Part shown: positions 1 to 12,000 of the stretch, one piece after another | How positions within the stretch are numbered: position 1 is the first letter of the stretch | Layout: each line of letters starts with the position of its first letter | Assembly: GCF_001194135.2 (NCBI RefSeq) | Contig: NC_068982.1 | Span: 34,178,978 to 34,229,902 of the forward strand | Reading direction: 5' to 3' | Origin: Octopus bimaculoides | Lineage: Eukaryota | Length of the DNA stretch: 50,925 nucleotides | Position numbers and translations under genes: made by a program | Notes under the pieces: model-generated | Databases searched by the model: none | Told to the model about the DNA's origin: nothing | The model's input: only the letters and a program-made list of their open reading frames with translations

Positions 1-987
1 GAAAACAAATCGTACAATTGTATTATTAAAACAGCTGCGGCGAAACAAAAGAATTAGGCGTTAAATAGGTTTCTATCTACTATTGAATGTATTCAATTTA
101 ATCAAGTCACACACCTAAAAGTAAAGATCGTCATAATATATATCTAACTGTAGCGATATATATATATGATGTTATGTCTTTATATACAAAATCAACAATA
201 TGGTGTACAATTTGGTTGTTTTGGCAATTGTGCTCAAGCACGAAAACGTGTTGATAGCAAAGTTTACTCTATCCTGGGACCAGCAACAGGATTGCAAGCT
301 CATTATACATATATAACCAACCATAAAATATCAAAAAGTGCCGTTTGAGAGATATGGTATATATAGTTCCTTAAATGTGTTAACTGAGAGGTAATCTAGG
401 CAACGAAACTGGATCGATCATTCTAGTATGTAACGAGTTCGACAAACTCATTAAAAGGCAGAGATAACTCACATGTGTTCTTTTCTCTTACGAATTAGTT
501 TAGTTCCTATACTTCCTTTTCACTACTTGAGTAAAGTTAAGATCTCACAGCTGTTTAAATTTGATGTCTTTCAAACCAAGTTTAGGCTGTTAATCTTAAT
601 ACAACAGGCCTTTGAAGAAATTTTTGAAAAATCATACTAGAATATGACAACAGAATATAAAACAGTTTTTCGTGCCAATATAAAACCTAGAAGCGACGAA
701 GTAGTGACATTTTTACACCGACTAAAACGTCCACGAGTCATCTAGTATTATATCTACATAACATCATGATGTTTTAATAGTAAATTTGGAGGAAAGTCGT
801 CTCGATGAAAATGATGATTAAGTGGTGATAAGAAGGAAGTTCAAATTATAAACTTAATTTTAAATCAAAATTAAAACCAAACTTATCGGTCAGCCATTTT
901 GGAAAAAAAAAAAGAAAAAGGTTCTTTTAAAACACTTTTCTTTTCACCTTCTTATAATGGTTTTTAGAATAAGTTTACAAAACTCAC

Positions 988-1275
988 TTTAACGTCGTCC
1001 TCTTCGTCTTCTCCTTCCCATTTATCACTGACAACGTGTTGGAATCCAAAATCTTCCTTTTCTGTCGAGAGAACAACCAATATTGAAGTGCCCCATGTTA
1101 GTAGGAGGAAAAAAAAAAAAAAGGTTAAATGAGAATAACAAGCTATTTTGTGGAGTATAGAAAGACGTAAATGAAAAGTAATGAAATTATATCACCATAA
1201 TAAGTGAACTAAACACTTTGAATCTTTGGTGTAATATAAAGATTGGAACCACGTACCCCAGTCTGCGTCCGACAT
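988..1275 (-). CDS. EIF3J: Eukaryotic translation initiation factor 3 subunit J, first two coding exons (1275-1257, 1061-988); gene continues toward or past the left edge
   Basis: Exon 1 ATGTCGGACGCAGACTGGG|gtacgt; exon 2 ctctcgacag|AAAAGGAA...GACGTTAAA|gtgagt. The joined 93 nt read MSDADWEKEDFGFQHVVSDKWEGEDEEDDVK, matching the eIF3j N-terminal motif (D[K/R]WEGEDE..DVK). Not in the ORF track. Confidence 0.9.
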
Positions 1276-1700
1276 CTTGGAAAACGTTGCCGCTACTGAT
1301 TATACTCTCGTAGCTGAGCAGAAATCGCTAACATTCACTTTTTTCAAATTTAAAAAAGAACATACTGTGAACACATAAATATAATATTTAATTTTTCTAT
1401 TAAATATTTGTACAATTTTTATTGAATAAAAAAAGGATGATAGAGTCTTCGTTAGTTTCTTTTCAAAAATAAGTCCCTACTTGGAGATTATACGCATGTG
1501 TTTTATGTATATGCGTATGTCAGTGAATATTTTTCTAAAACAAATTAATTCTTTCTTTATATTGTATTATTAAGAAACTTAATGTCACGTTTATTCACTC
1601 CATAAATTTATTATACTTTTTAAAATGATTTTCTAATTTTCTGTTGCTATGGTTTACGGTTTTGATTTCTCGTTGTAACGTGACGCATCCCGCAAAAAAG

Positions 1701-1711
1701 TTTGGCGCCAA
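1701..1711. promoter_or_regulatory. E2F-type site TTTGGCGC(CAA) upstream of EIF3J
   Basis: Exact TTTSSCGC match inside the palindrome TTGGCGCCAA, within a CpG-enriched patch that also has TCCCGC (1688-1693) and TGACTCA (1758-1764). Confidence 0.45.
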
Positions 1712-2339
1712 GTGACATAAGCAGTGCTCTATACTGGTTTTAATTTGTTTGCATACGTGACTCAACGTCGTACCAGAAGCCATTCAGTCTAATTTGAACA
1801 CGTTATTTCATCCTTTATTTATTCATGATATTCACTTCTTTTACATTTGCATCTGTTTATAACGTACCTTTCAAATTACAAACTATATGTATATAAATTC
1901 TTATAAGTGTGTATGTCCCATTTCGCCCACTTAACGATTGAGCAAGATGTCGCCATACATCCTACTCTAATAATCGTTAAACATAATTTGTCAACTAAAA
2001 ATACTTTTCTATACTTAATTTACAAACATATTTAATTATTTGAGCGTTTATAAATTCATTAAGGAAGGTAAGTTCTTGTGTCGTGAAATGTAAATTCTGA
2101 TGTTTCTTCGAAAGATACTACCCGAAATGTCAGCTTACCAACACAGGAACTTTTTTTCTTTTTACCACAACAGATCATTACTACTTACATCAGATTTTAA
2201 GTTATTTTCGTTTTCTTTACATTAAGTCTTAAAGTAATGCCAACTACCAATTTTTACAAAATCAAAAGTAGAATCTTGCTACTGAATATTTGGAAAAGTT
2301 TAAATTCTGTGTATTTGGCACTCATTTGTTCACTTACCA

Positions 2340-2367
2340 TTTCCCTTTCCTCATGAGGAAAGGGAAA
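2340..2367. repeat. Perfect 28-bp palindrome
   Basis: tttccctttcctca|tgaggaaagggaaa. Confidence 0.9.
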
Positions 2368-3752
2368 AGGCGGGTACCANNNNNNNNNNAAAAAAAAAAA
2401 ACCCTTCTAGTAACTTAGCAGTATGTTTGTGAGATACATTTAGATAAAAAGGTCTCTTAGTTCGAGATAAGATCTAGAGTCAAAAGTCTTCAAAAGAACT
2501 GTCCCATCTTATGTTCAGATACTATATTCAGGAATTCGGCGATGGTAAAGAATACGCACACTTGGTGGTTAGGGTTACGCCGAAAACGGGTGGTGTGCAT
2601 ATTCTTTACTTCCGCCGAGGACTTCATTATCTATTGCAACCTTTTTTTTTTCCTGGAGACATTGTGATGTGATTCGAAGATTGTGCTGCTATTTCTAGCA
2701 AGTTGAGCGATAACATAAAGGCTCTTGTTTGCTCTTTTCGAGAACGGTTATAACGAGACCACGTTTCGTGTGTCAAAAATGATCTTTGCTCGCTAAAATT
2801 TCCGCACCAGACAGCACTCGACATGGTTTTATTTCTAGTAGGCTACTGTGTATAACAAACGCATTGATATTTTGTTCGGACAGGTTTGTGATCTAACAAA
2901 TTCGTCATAAAAGATATATATGTGTATTACTTACAGTTAGGATACAAAACCGAAGTTTGTTTAGAAATATCGCAAAACAGTATGCAAGTATTTGTTTAGC
3001 CCCAGGTCAGAACTGATCAAGCAAACCTATGATCAAAAGCGTTCCAGCCTAAATTATCTTGACTTTTAACCTCTTTTAAGGTGCGAATTGAGGAAGATTT
3101 GACTCAGCTGTTATTTCTAGCCAGTCGAGCTTCAGCGAAGAGGCCTCTGATGTGACGAACAAACCATGAACAAAAACTCAGCGACTAAAAGAAAACATCG
3201 ATGTCTGGAAAATGTACAAATATTTATGGAAAATGGTGTATATATCGTTTCGATAGGCTTAAAATACCTCATTCGCTCAAAAATAATCTCATAATTCCTA
3301 TAAAAGTAAATGGTAAGCGAATTGAGTAAAGATCAGAACACTATATTCCTTTTGCTTTTTAAGGAAATCAATTGCCTTGATTTTAATTAAAATTTGACAT
3401 GCATTGCTTACATATCTGAGATTGTCTCGAATTACGTGTTGGTAGGTAGTAAGTGAAGTATCAAGAGAAAATAAAAGATAAATATCGTATGTCAAACCTC
3501 ATAAATGTGTGGTTTATAAGTACGAATAACTCTGTTAAGTGCAGCATACCTTACACGAGTGCATACTCTACTGACTTTCCTCATAATTTTCAGAAAAATG
3601 AATTTTTTTAAATGAAATTTTCTACAGATACCTTATATCGAAATTTAATGGGGAGGGAGGGAATTGGTGGGCGCGCAGACATAAACCCACAGCCACATAT
3701 ATATATATGGTGTGGCCACCAACTTCACATTAAATTCCGATATAATCTACAC

Positions 3753-4075
3753 CGGTGGTTCTCAACTGGGGTCCATATGACCCCTGAGGGTCCACACAAC
3801 AAAATAGTAAGTTGGGGATTCACAATAGTATTTTAGGGCCCCTGAAAAAATTTTCCTGTTGACATAGGTATTGGTATGTATTGCAAGAAACAGCTAGATT
3901 TTTCTCTAATATTTTACATAGTTCAACTTATACAAATTAATGTGTGGAAAAAAATAATACCATTCTATAAAACTAGTTTTTAAACATCGAATTTGCTGCG
4001 GGGGTCCAACAGAATAAAATAGCAATCAAAGGGGGCCCATAGATAAAAAATTTTAAAAACGGTTGAAAACCCCAG
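3753..4075. mobile_element. hAT (Charlie-like) MITE
   Basis: TIRs cggtggttctcaac / ggttgaaaaccccag; degenerate 8-bp flanks atctacac/atctaaca. Confidence 0.65.
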
Positions 4076-4654
4076 ATCTAACAGATACTAATTTTTTTAT
4101 TTTTTACTTGTTTCAAGTCATTAGACTGCGGCTATGCTGGGGGTACTGCCTTGAAGAATTTAAGTCTAACGAATCGACCCCGAAAAATTTCATTAAAAGA
4201 AATATCTTTCTCTGAAAGTTATGAGAAAACAAAGTCGTGGTAGGAATGGGGGAGGCATTTCTTTAGGTATGTCGTTAAATATTATCTATTTTCGAAAAAA
4301 AAAAGGAGAAAAAAACCATCAATCCAGCACCAAGTGCTTCAATTGGTCCGTTCTTTGTAAATATGAGAGCAAATGGAATGGAAAAAAACATTGCAAAATG
4401 TAAAAATTATACGAAAAGAAAACAGACATGATTAATGAAAGATGCATTGCAATATGGGTGAGGGAAAATACTTTAAGATGTGGTGAGGATGACCTGTTTT
4501 CTAAACAAATATGGTAGGCATTCACATGTGTAATATAGTGACTTGTAAAACTTCGCTTAACTAAGATTACCAATACAAGAAAAAGACAAACCATCTGTGC
4601 TTAAAAGTTTTTAAAAGAAAGGTGGTGGGGGGAGATAGCTAATAATCTTTTCTA

Positions 4655-4858
4655 CAGTAGGCACAGGGCCTGAAGTTTGGGGGGAAGGGCTAGTCGATTA
4701 CATCGACCCCAGTGCTCAACGGATACTTATTTTATCGACCCCGAAAAGATGAAAGGCAAAGTTGACCTTGGCATAATTTGAAGTTAGAACGTAAAAGCGG
4801 ACGAAATGCAGCTTAGCATTTTGCCCGGCATGCTAACGATTCCGCCAGCTCGCCGCCT
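4655..4858 (-). mobile_element. SINE family A copy
   Basis: Reverse complement of the family A consensus. Confidence 0.8.
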
Positions 4859-4938
4859 CCAGGGGATAACTAATAATAACAATTAATTGGCATTTTGGGA
4901 AAGTATAGCTGTAGAATGGGATTAAATATGGTCTTCAA

Positions 4939-5119
4939 CCCTTTGGCATTCAGATTACTCTGTCAAATGAAATGCTTTATTTAGAATTAACCATGCATGA
5001 TTTGAGATTTCAATGAGTGACTATATTTTTAGAATGACATTGTTGGATACGTGTGAGAGGCTGATCTGAACATAAAACGGGTATTTGGTCTAGATATGGT
5101 TGGTTTAAATGCTAGAGAG
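4939..5119. mobile_element. TTAA-type (piggyBac-like) MITE, copy 1
   Basis: tcaa|ccctttggcattcag ... aatgctagagag|ttaa; homologous to 22034-22248. Confidence 0.6.
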
Positions 5120-6368
5120 TTAAAGTCAACAGGGAAAGCAACGTATATCTCGTGTAGACGTACAGTGTTAAAACACAAAATCTAGCTGCAAAGTCTAATG
5201 ACAGTTGCTTCTGATAGGACATAATAGAAGAAATGCCTGAGGACTCTACCCCAAAGACTCACCCAGGAATAGAAGATGGATGGAAGGAAGAAATTTGGAT
5301 GAAAAGAAGCAAGCGATTAAAATTTCAGAAACAGTTTTTGGGTGCTGTACAGACCTATATATTCCTAGGAATTGCATTTGGTCAAGTTGTTGATATATTC
5401 AGTGCCGGTGGGAAGTTCATTAGTTTATATATCAATTCTTGAACTGCAGATGTTTAGCTTTTAATACTCTGTGCACCTAATTGTAAATATACTCTACGCA
5501 AGCGACTTTTGTAAGTAGCAAGAACAATTTATATAGTTAGCTTTCTGTGTTTTGTTCAAGTTCTCATTTATTCCTTTATTCCTTGAATGGTTTCATTCGT
5601 AGGACTGCAGTCATGCTGGAGCACCGCCTTAAGGCCTGGAAAATGCAATAGGAACCATTTCATGGCATCCTCTTCTCCTCTTCAGGAGATTTTGAATTTG
5701 TCAGGGTTTCTATGAATTCAAAATACAGACTATAATTTTTAGGGTATTTAGCTGTAAAAAAGAGCAACACAATGCCGAAAAATTTAGAGTCCAGCTACAG
5801 TTAAATATTCCAACATTGTGATTGTCAAACTGACAAATATCAAATAAAAAGGTGAAATATCTCCCCTTGTTTAGTAATGCAAAATCAAAATAGAATTTGC
5901 ATCCGTATAATTCTTTTTTCTTCGTTATGGTGTTGAACAAGTTAAAAAAGTTGAAAACCGCCTTAATTTGTTTACCATCTTTCAAATCCTCACAGCCCCT
6001 ACTATTGGTGTCCTGCCATCGCCCTTACTTAAGAGAGAAATACGGCTCTGAAGAATGATCGAATCAAGTTATAACTTTCAAGAACAGACGAAGAGGAAAG
6101 TGTATAACTCCGTGCAAGTAGCTTGCTGTGATATCCATTCCTTCAACGTTCGCAAGCCTTACTTTCTGGAAATGTTTTGATAAATAAATAAATAAGTACA
6201 CATGTATATAACATCTTTTGGCACAATTCCTGTCGGGTTAAGCAGGTATAAGCTGGGGTTAGTTCGAGTAAATGTCTCCTCAATTAATATGCATCTTGCT
6301 TTTAATTTCTTTAAAAATGTCAGCTCAGCTGCAACATTCATCCTAAAAGAGTAGTTGAATTTAATCTG

Positions 6369-6484
6369 GATACTACTTAAATACAAAGGTCCCGACGCAT
6401 CTAGGTAATCCTAACCCTAACGAGTGTTAACTATAAAAACATCGTTACGTTGATGCATCGAGACCTCTGTATTTAAATAGTGCC
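6369..6484. mobile_element. 116-bp hairpin MITE with 8-bp flanking direct repeat
   Basis: Arms 6373-6401 and 6452-6480 are ~29-bp imperfect inverted repeats; ttaatctg on both sides (6361-68, 6485-92). Confidence 0.65.
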
Positions 6485-6660
6485 TTAATCTGTTCATATA
6501 TCATATAAATTCACACAGAAAAAAAAAAGACTTAGTATGCAATTTACATGTTAGTTTGGAATTAGATAATTTTCTTTTTTATATTGGCGAAGGAAATTTG
6601 TGATGAAAATACATTTAATTGGAACGTTAGTGGGCTAAGTGAAATGAAATATATATTTAA

Positions 6661-7035
6661 AGGCGTGACTGTGTGATAAGAAGCTTGCCTCTCAACCACA
6701 TGGTTACAGGTTCAGTCCCACTGCAAGGCACCTTTGGCAAGTCTCTTGTACTATAGCCTGGGGCCAACCAAAGCCTTGTGAGTAGAATTGGTAGACGGAA
6801 ACTGAATAAAGCTCGTCGTGTATATATATATGTGTGTGTGTGTGTCTTTGTGCTTGTCCCCTGCCACCGTTTGACAACGGGTATTGATGTGTTTATGTAG
6901 CCGTAACTTAGCTGTTCGGCAAAAAAAAACCGATAGTATAAATACTAGGCATTAGTACTGGGGTCGATTTATTCGGCCAAAAATTCTTCAAGACGGTGCC
7001 CCAGCATGGCTGCAATCTAATGACTGAAATGAGTA
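6661..7035 (+). mobile_element. SINE family B copy (head ggcgtggctgtgtggtaagaagcttgc)
   Basis: tRNA-like head with ggttcagtccca, gcacc-tgggcaagt core, (ta)/(tg) microsatellite middle; about 10 copies in the window. Boundaries approximate. Confidence 0.78.
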
Positions 7036-7167
7036 AAAACATTAAAAAAGATACATGCACATACATTTAATGAGGGAAAGTAGAAGAAAATGTTAAGATG
7101 AGAGCATGTAACGAAATAATTTTCGAGTTAGATCGAGAGGGGAAATAACTCTCCGGTACTAAAAGAA

Positions 7168-7200
7168 AGCGGGAAGTTTGTATTTGTTGTTAAAGGCGCC
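7168..7200 (+). promoter_or_regulatory. E2F-like motifs directly upstream of the MMS22L ATG
   Basis: GCGGGAA (7169-7175) and AAAGGCGCC (7192-7200). Confidence 0.3.
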
Positions 7201-8298
7201 ATGCCTCAAAGCAATGTTTCGTTCCAAACTCATCACATTTCTATAACCACCATCACCACATTACCTATTCGTCCGCTTGTTATGTTTGTTTGTAATGGCG
7301 AAGTAAACCCGAACTGTCTGGACGATTTTCATCCTGAGAGTTATCTTAGCAAAGGTACACTGAAAGATTTCTTTCAACACACCCAAGTCAGTGCTTCAAC
7401 ATCTACACACCTGCCAACTCAGCACAAACCTATTGGATTATTAGACGACGACGATGACGTTTGTATGAAAGAGGTAAACCTGGCTGTTGACAGTAACATC
7501 ATAGGTTCTAACGGGATCTGGTTGTTTGGTTTTAAATATTTTGTTAGAACCGCATTAGATTTCCACCTTGAACGTTTGTTTTTATTGTTTAGACAGTCTG
7601 TCAATCATGTTGTCAACAACGCCGAGAGAGACACTCTCAGAATGGGCGAAGTCAATTCTCACCAAAGCAGAGAACTGTTAAGTCAACGAGAGCAAATTAA
7701 AACTTTTTTGGATTACATCAATTATTATTTACAGAAATATGTTCTGTCGAGTATGAGAAATGACCAGGCGAGTGATTGTAACATTCCCGAGGAAACTAAT
7801 AACCATGTTTTTCTTCAACAATTATTTCATAACATTCAGTTATCATTGCAACACATTGGACCCATCTCAGAATTACCAAGGCACTTTCTCCAAAACAGTA
7901 CCTGTCGCCATGGAAGCAAAGGTGGTTCGGGATTTTATCACACTTTGCATATGCATCTGGATATATATTGGTCCACTGTGGAAATAGTCTTCCGTATTGT
8001 TGATTTGTGTCCTGATCACAGTTTTGAAATCACATCAGAAATGTTACATTGTGGGTCACATTTGATACCTAAGGATGAAATCGAACCAGATGTATTTCAA
8101 AGAATTGTGGGTTTTATCTTATGGGACTTGTCGACAATTGCTTGCCAGTGTTTTTCTAATCTTGTATTTTCTGACTACACCAAAGTATCCCCGTTTACGT
8201 GTACTTGTGTCAAAGAGACGTGGACGATGTTAATTCAGGTGCTTAAACATCGGCAAAGATCTCGTGGTGGACGATCGTTTTGGTACGCATTATATGAG
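7201..8298 (+). CDS. MMS22L: MMS22L coding exon 1 (366 codons)
   Basis: ORF 7201..8361 cut at donor gtaatg (8299); start context ggcgccATG. Confidence 0.88.
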
Positions 8299-9007
8299 GT
8301 AATGTATTTAAGAAATTTTATTTCATTTCAACTATTTCATGTGATATATAACAATATATGAATTTAAGGTGGCGAACTGACAGAATCGTTAGCCCGCCGG
8401 ACAAAATGCTTAGCAGCATTTCGTCCGGCTTTACGTTCTAAGTTCAAATTCCGTTGAGGTTCACTTTGCCTTTCATGCTTTCGGGGTCGATAAAATAAGT
8501 ACCAGCCGAACACTGGGATCGATGTAATCGACTTACCCCCTCCGCCGAAATTATTGGCCTTGTACCAAAATTTGAAACCGATATTACCTATGAATCCCTG
8601 CATTTCTATAATTTATATTCATCGTATTTCTAGCTTTAGATTCTGCTTTTATGTTAGTACTATAAAAGATACTACCTCCTAAAGAACAATGGATAACATG
8701 TAACGTCATCTTAAATATTTAGAAATATCATACTACTTGTACTGCCAAAAAAGAGAGACATTTATCACTGTACTGGACAAGGATGGAAAAAATCATCTCT
8801 TTCTAACAAATATATATACTACGTTTTACTTTTTACTTATCTTGAGGATGGGGCCTCACCATGACAATAATCTACTCGCTGACACCAGTGAAAGAATATT
8901 TGACATTTTTTAGTAAATTTGAGGCTTGTGTGAGTATATGAGATTGACTGTGATCATGATCATGAAAAGCCATAAATGTTTAAAGATATTTTTCTGAGGT
9001 AAATGGG

Positions 9008-9046
<39 letters not shown>

Positions 9047-12000
9047 GGAAAATTTATAAATCATATCAAAGTATGGTGAATAATGGACTTATTCTTGAAA
9101 CCAGTCTGAGAATCAGTCACAATAAAATATTCTGTTCTGCTTGTGTTTTTCTTTTTTTAAATGTTTGACTACATCATGCCAATAAATCTTGTACTGGAGT
9201 TAAAAAGAAGCTACACAATCCGAATACAATTTGAATCGGAATAGTGTTCCAATATACTGGTGTATAACAAGAGAACGCTCTGTCATATATAGCTGCTGGA
9301 AAATGACATCCTTGATATGAAGATTAAATATGACAACAGAAGCAATATCTCTGAACTCTGTGTAAATCATTAGTCGTCATTATTTTAATGTCCACTTTTC
9401 CATACTTGAATAGATTGGACAGAGTTCGTTGAGGCCAATTTTCTACAGTTGAATGTCCTTGTTACCAACCCTTATTTTTTCCAAGTAAGCTAATTTTTTC
9501 CCGATATCAGGCAAAATGATTGATAGTGCTTGTATGATAGTGGCTCTCATTTACAGCTGTCATGCAGTATCAAAGCATACAGACATATACATACTTACAT
9601 TTATATACACACACACACACTCAGTGGGCTTCTTTCAGTTTCCATCTATGAAATCTACTCATGAAGCTTTGGTCAGTCTGAAGTTATAGATGTTTGCTCA
9701 AGGTGCCATGGGACTTGGACCCAAAACCATGTGGTTTGAAAATAAACTTCTTAACCACATATTTACCCCTTGATCAATAAATGATTAAGCTTATTTAATA
9801 GCAGTATTGTGAATGTAATTTGTATATCATATAAAGACAAATAATGAATAGATTTATTGCACACAATGTTCCTTGTTTTTCCATCTCTACATGTATATTG
9901 TATCTGAGAAGTGTAAAGAACTTTGATTGATTTTTCTTTATATTTTCTAGGTTATAAATGGACATAAATTGGTTTCAAGTGACATTGCAACTGGTGATAA
10001 AACTGCAGGAACTATTCCCGACTTTTACTCTAAAAACGAGCTGAAAAATATTCCTGGGTTCTGTATCTGGATGATTTTCCATTTGGCACCACTCTATAAA
10101 CTCAACAATTTTGGTAAAATTGATACTGGACAGAGATATGTTGAAAGCAATTATGAGGAAATTGTCAGCCAAATAAGAGGTTTATTAGCTGGTCAAGTTT
10201 CTGAAGAAGAGCTCCAGTGTTATATGTTATGCTCTATACAAATTTGTCGACTGTGGAAAGCAGATCTGACATTTATAAATGTTCTTTGGAATTACTTTTT
10301 TCGTAAGCTAAACAACACCTTTAAGGTAAAGTATGTCAGCTATCATATACAGTACTATAATAATAATTCTTTCTAATTTGGGCAGAAGGCCAGCAGTTTG
10401 AAGAGAAAAGGGTAAGTTAATTAGATCAACCCCAGTACTTGATTGGTACTTTATTACCTTATTTTATTGATCCTGAAAGCAAAAAAGGCAAAGTCGACCG
10501 TGGCAGTATTTGAGCTCTGAAAGTAAAACTGGAAGAAATACTGTTAAGCATTTTGAGATGTATGCTAATAATTCTGCCAGTTCATCACCTTCTAATTATT
10601 CTTTCTATTTTTAGCACAAGGCTAGCAATTTTGAGGGAAGGAGCACATCTATTAGATCAGCTCCAGTACTCAATTTTACTGGGCTTTTTTTTCATACTAC
10701 TACTACTACTACTACTACTGATAATGATGATAATCCTTTCTACTACATGCACAAGGCCTGAAATTTTGGAGGAGGGCATAAGTCAATTTCNNNNNNNNNN
10801 NNNNNNNNNNNNNNNNNNNNNNNNNNNNNNNNNNNNNNNNNNNNNNNNNNNNNNNNNNNNNNNNNNNNNNNNNNNNNNNNNNNNNNNNNNNNNNNNNNNN
10901 NNNNNNNNNNNNNNNAGTGTTTCACTGGTACTTAATTTATCGACCCCGAAAGGACGAAAGGCAAAGTCACCCTTGGTGGAATTTAACTCAGAATGTAGCA
11001 GTGGGTGAAATACTGCTAAGCATTTCATCCAGTGCGCTAACGATTCTGCCAGCTTGCTGCTTTAATAATAATAATAATAACAACAGTAATAATAATCCTT
11101 TCTGTTGAAGGCACAAAGCTTGAAATTTTGCGGGTAGGAGGCTGGTAGATTACATTGACCTCAGTGCTCAGCTGGTACTTATTTTATTGACCTTGAAAGG
11201 ATGAAAAGCAAAGTCGTCCTCACTGGAATTTGAACACAGAACATAAAGCTGGAAGAAATGTCACAAAGCATTTTATTTGGATTGGTAATGATTTTGCTAG
11301 CTTGCTGCCTTACTACAGCTAATAACAATGACTGCTATCAGAGGCACAAGCCATAGATTTGTGAAGAGAGAGAACACTTGCATATACATACAGACTTCTC
11401 ACACATTGGCAAATGTTACTACTCTTCCCAGTGTCTTAATCTTTTGCTACTCATACTCTAGCTACATTCAACTTAGACATCATGCTGCAGGAACTACTAA
11501 AACCTCCTTTAGTGAGAACATGTGACTCTCAACAGTGCATATAGGTATTATCATGAAATAAATCAATAAATCAGTTTATATCATACTATCTTAGTATTTA
11601 TGAACAACTCATGAAGTCCCTACACATGCTACTTTCACAATCTCTGATAATCTCTTGTGTTAACCTTACATATGTACATCATCATTATCATTCAGCATCA
11701 GTTTTCTATGCTGGCATGAGTCAGACAGCTTAAGAACTGGCAAGAGCAGGGGTTGCACCTCTCGCATGGCAACATTACATATATGATATCCCCAAAACCA
11801 GGCTTCCTCTTCAGAGACAGAAATTACTTCAGTTTTCATAACCCTCTACAAGACTGCAGTACAATAAAAATTAAAGTACTGCTGATGTATCTTACATAGA
11901 AATGCTGCTGAATAAACTATACCACACACCCTGTTTTAAACGAGTCCCATCTAGTTGGTGATTCATTCATCAGGATGGTACTTCCCCTACTATAATGGTT

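Noticed and set aside
2068-2173. Short intron as a possible snoRNA host
   Set aside because: No box C (RUGAUGA) or H/ACA architecture visible.
2757-2767. GAAACGTGGTC on the minus strand resembling the 3' half of a hammerhead
   Set aside because: No CUGANGA upstream and no stem I complementarity.
7240-7262. PPSP in the +1 frame near the MMS22L start, resembling a remembered TPPxSP N-terminal motif
   Set aside because: Would need two compensating frameshifts; the annotated frame is open, so an error or recoding is unsupported.
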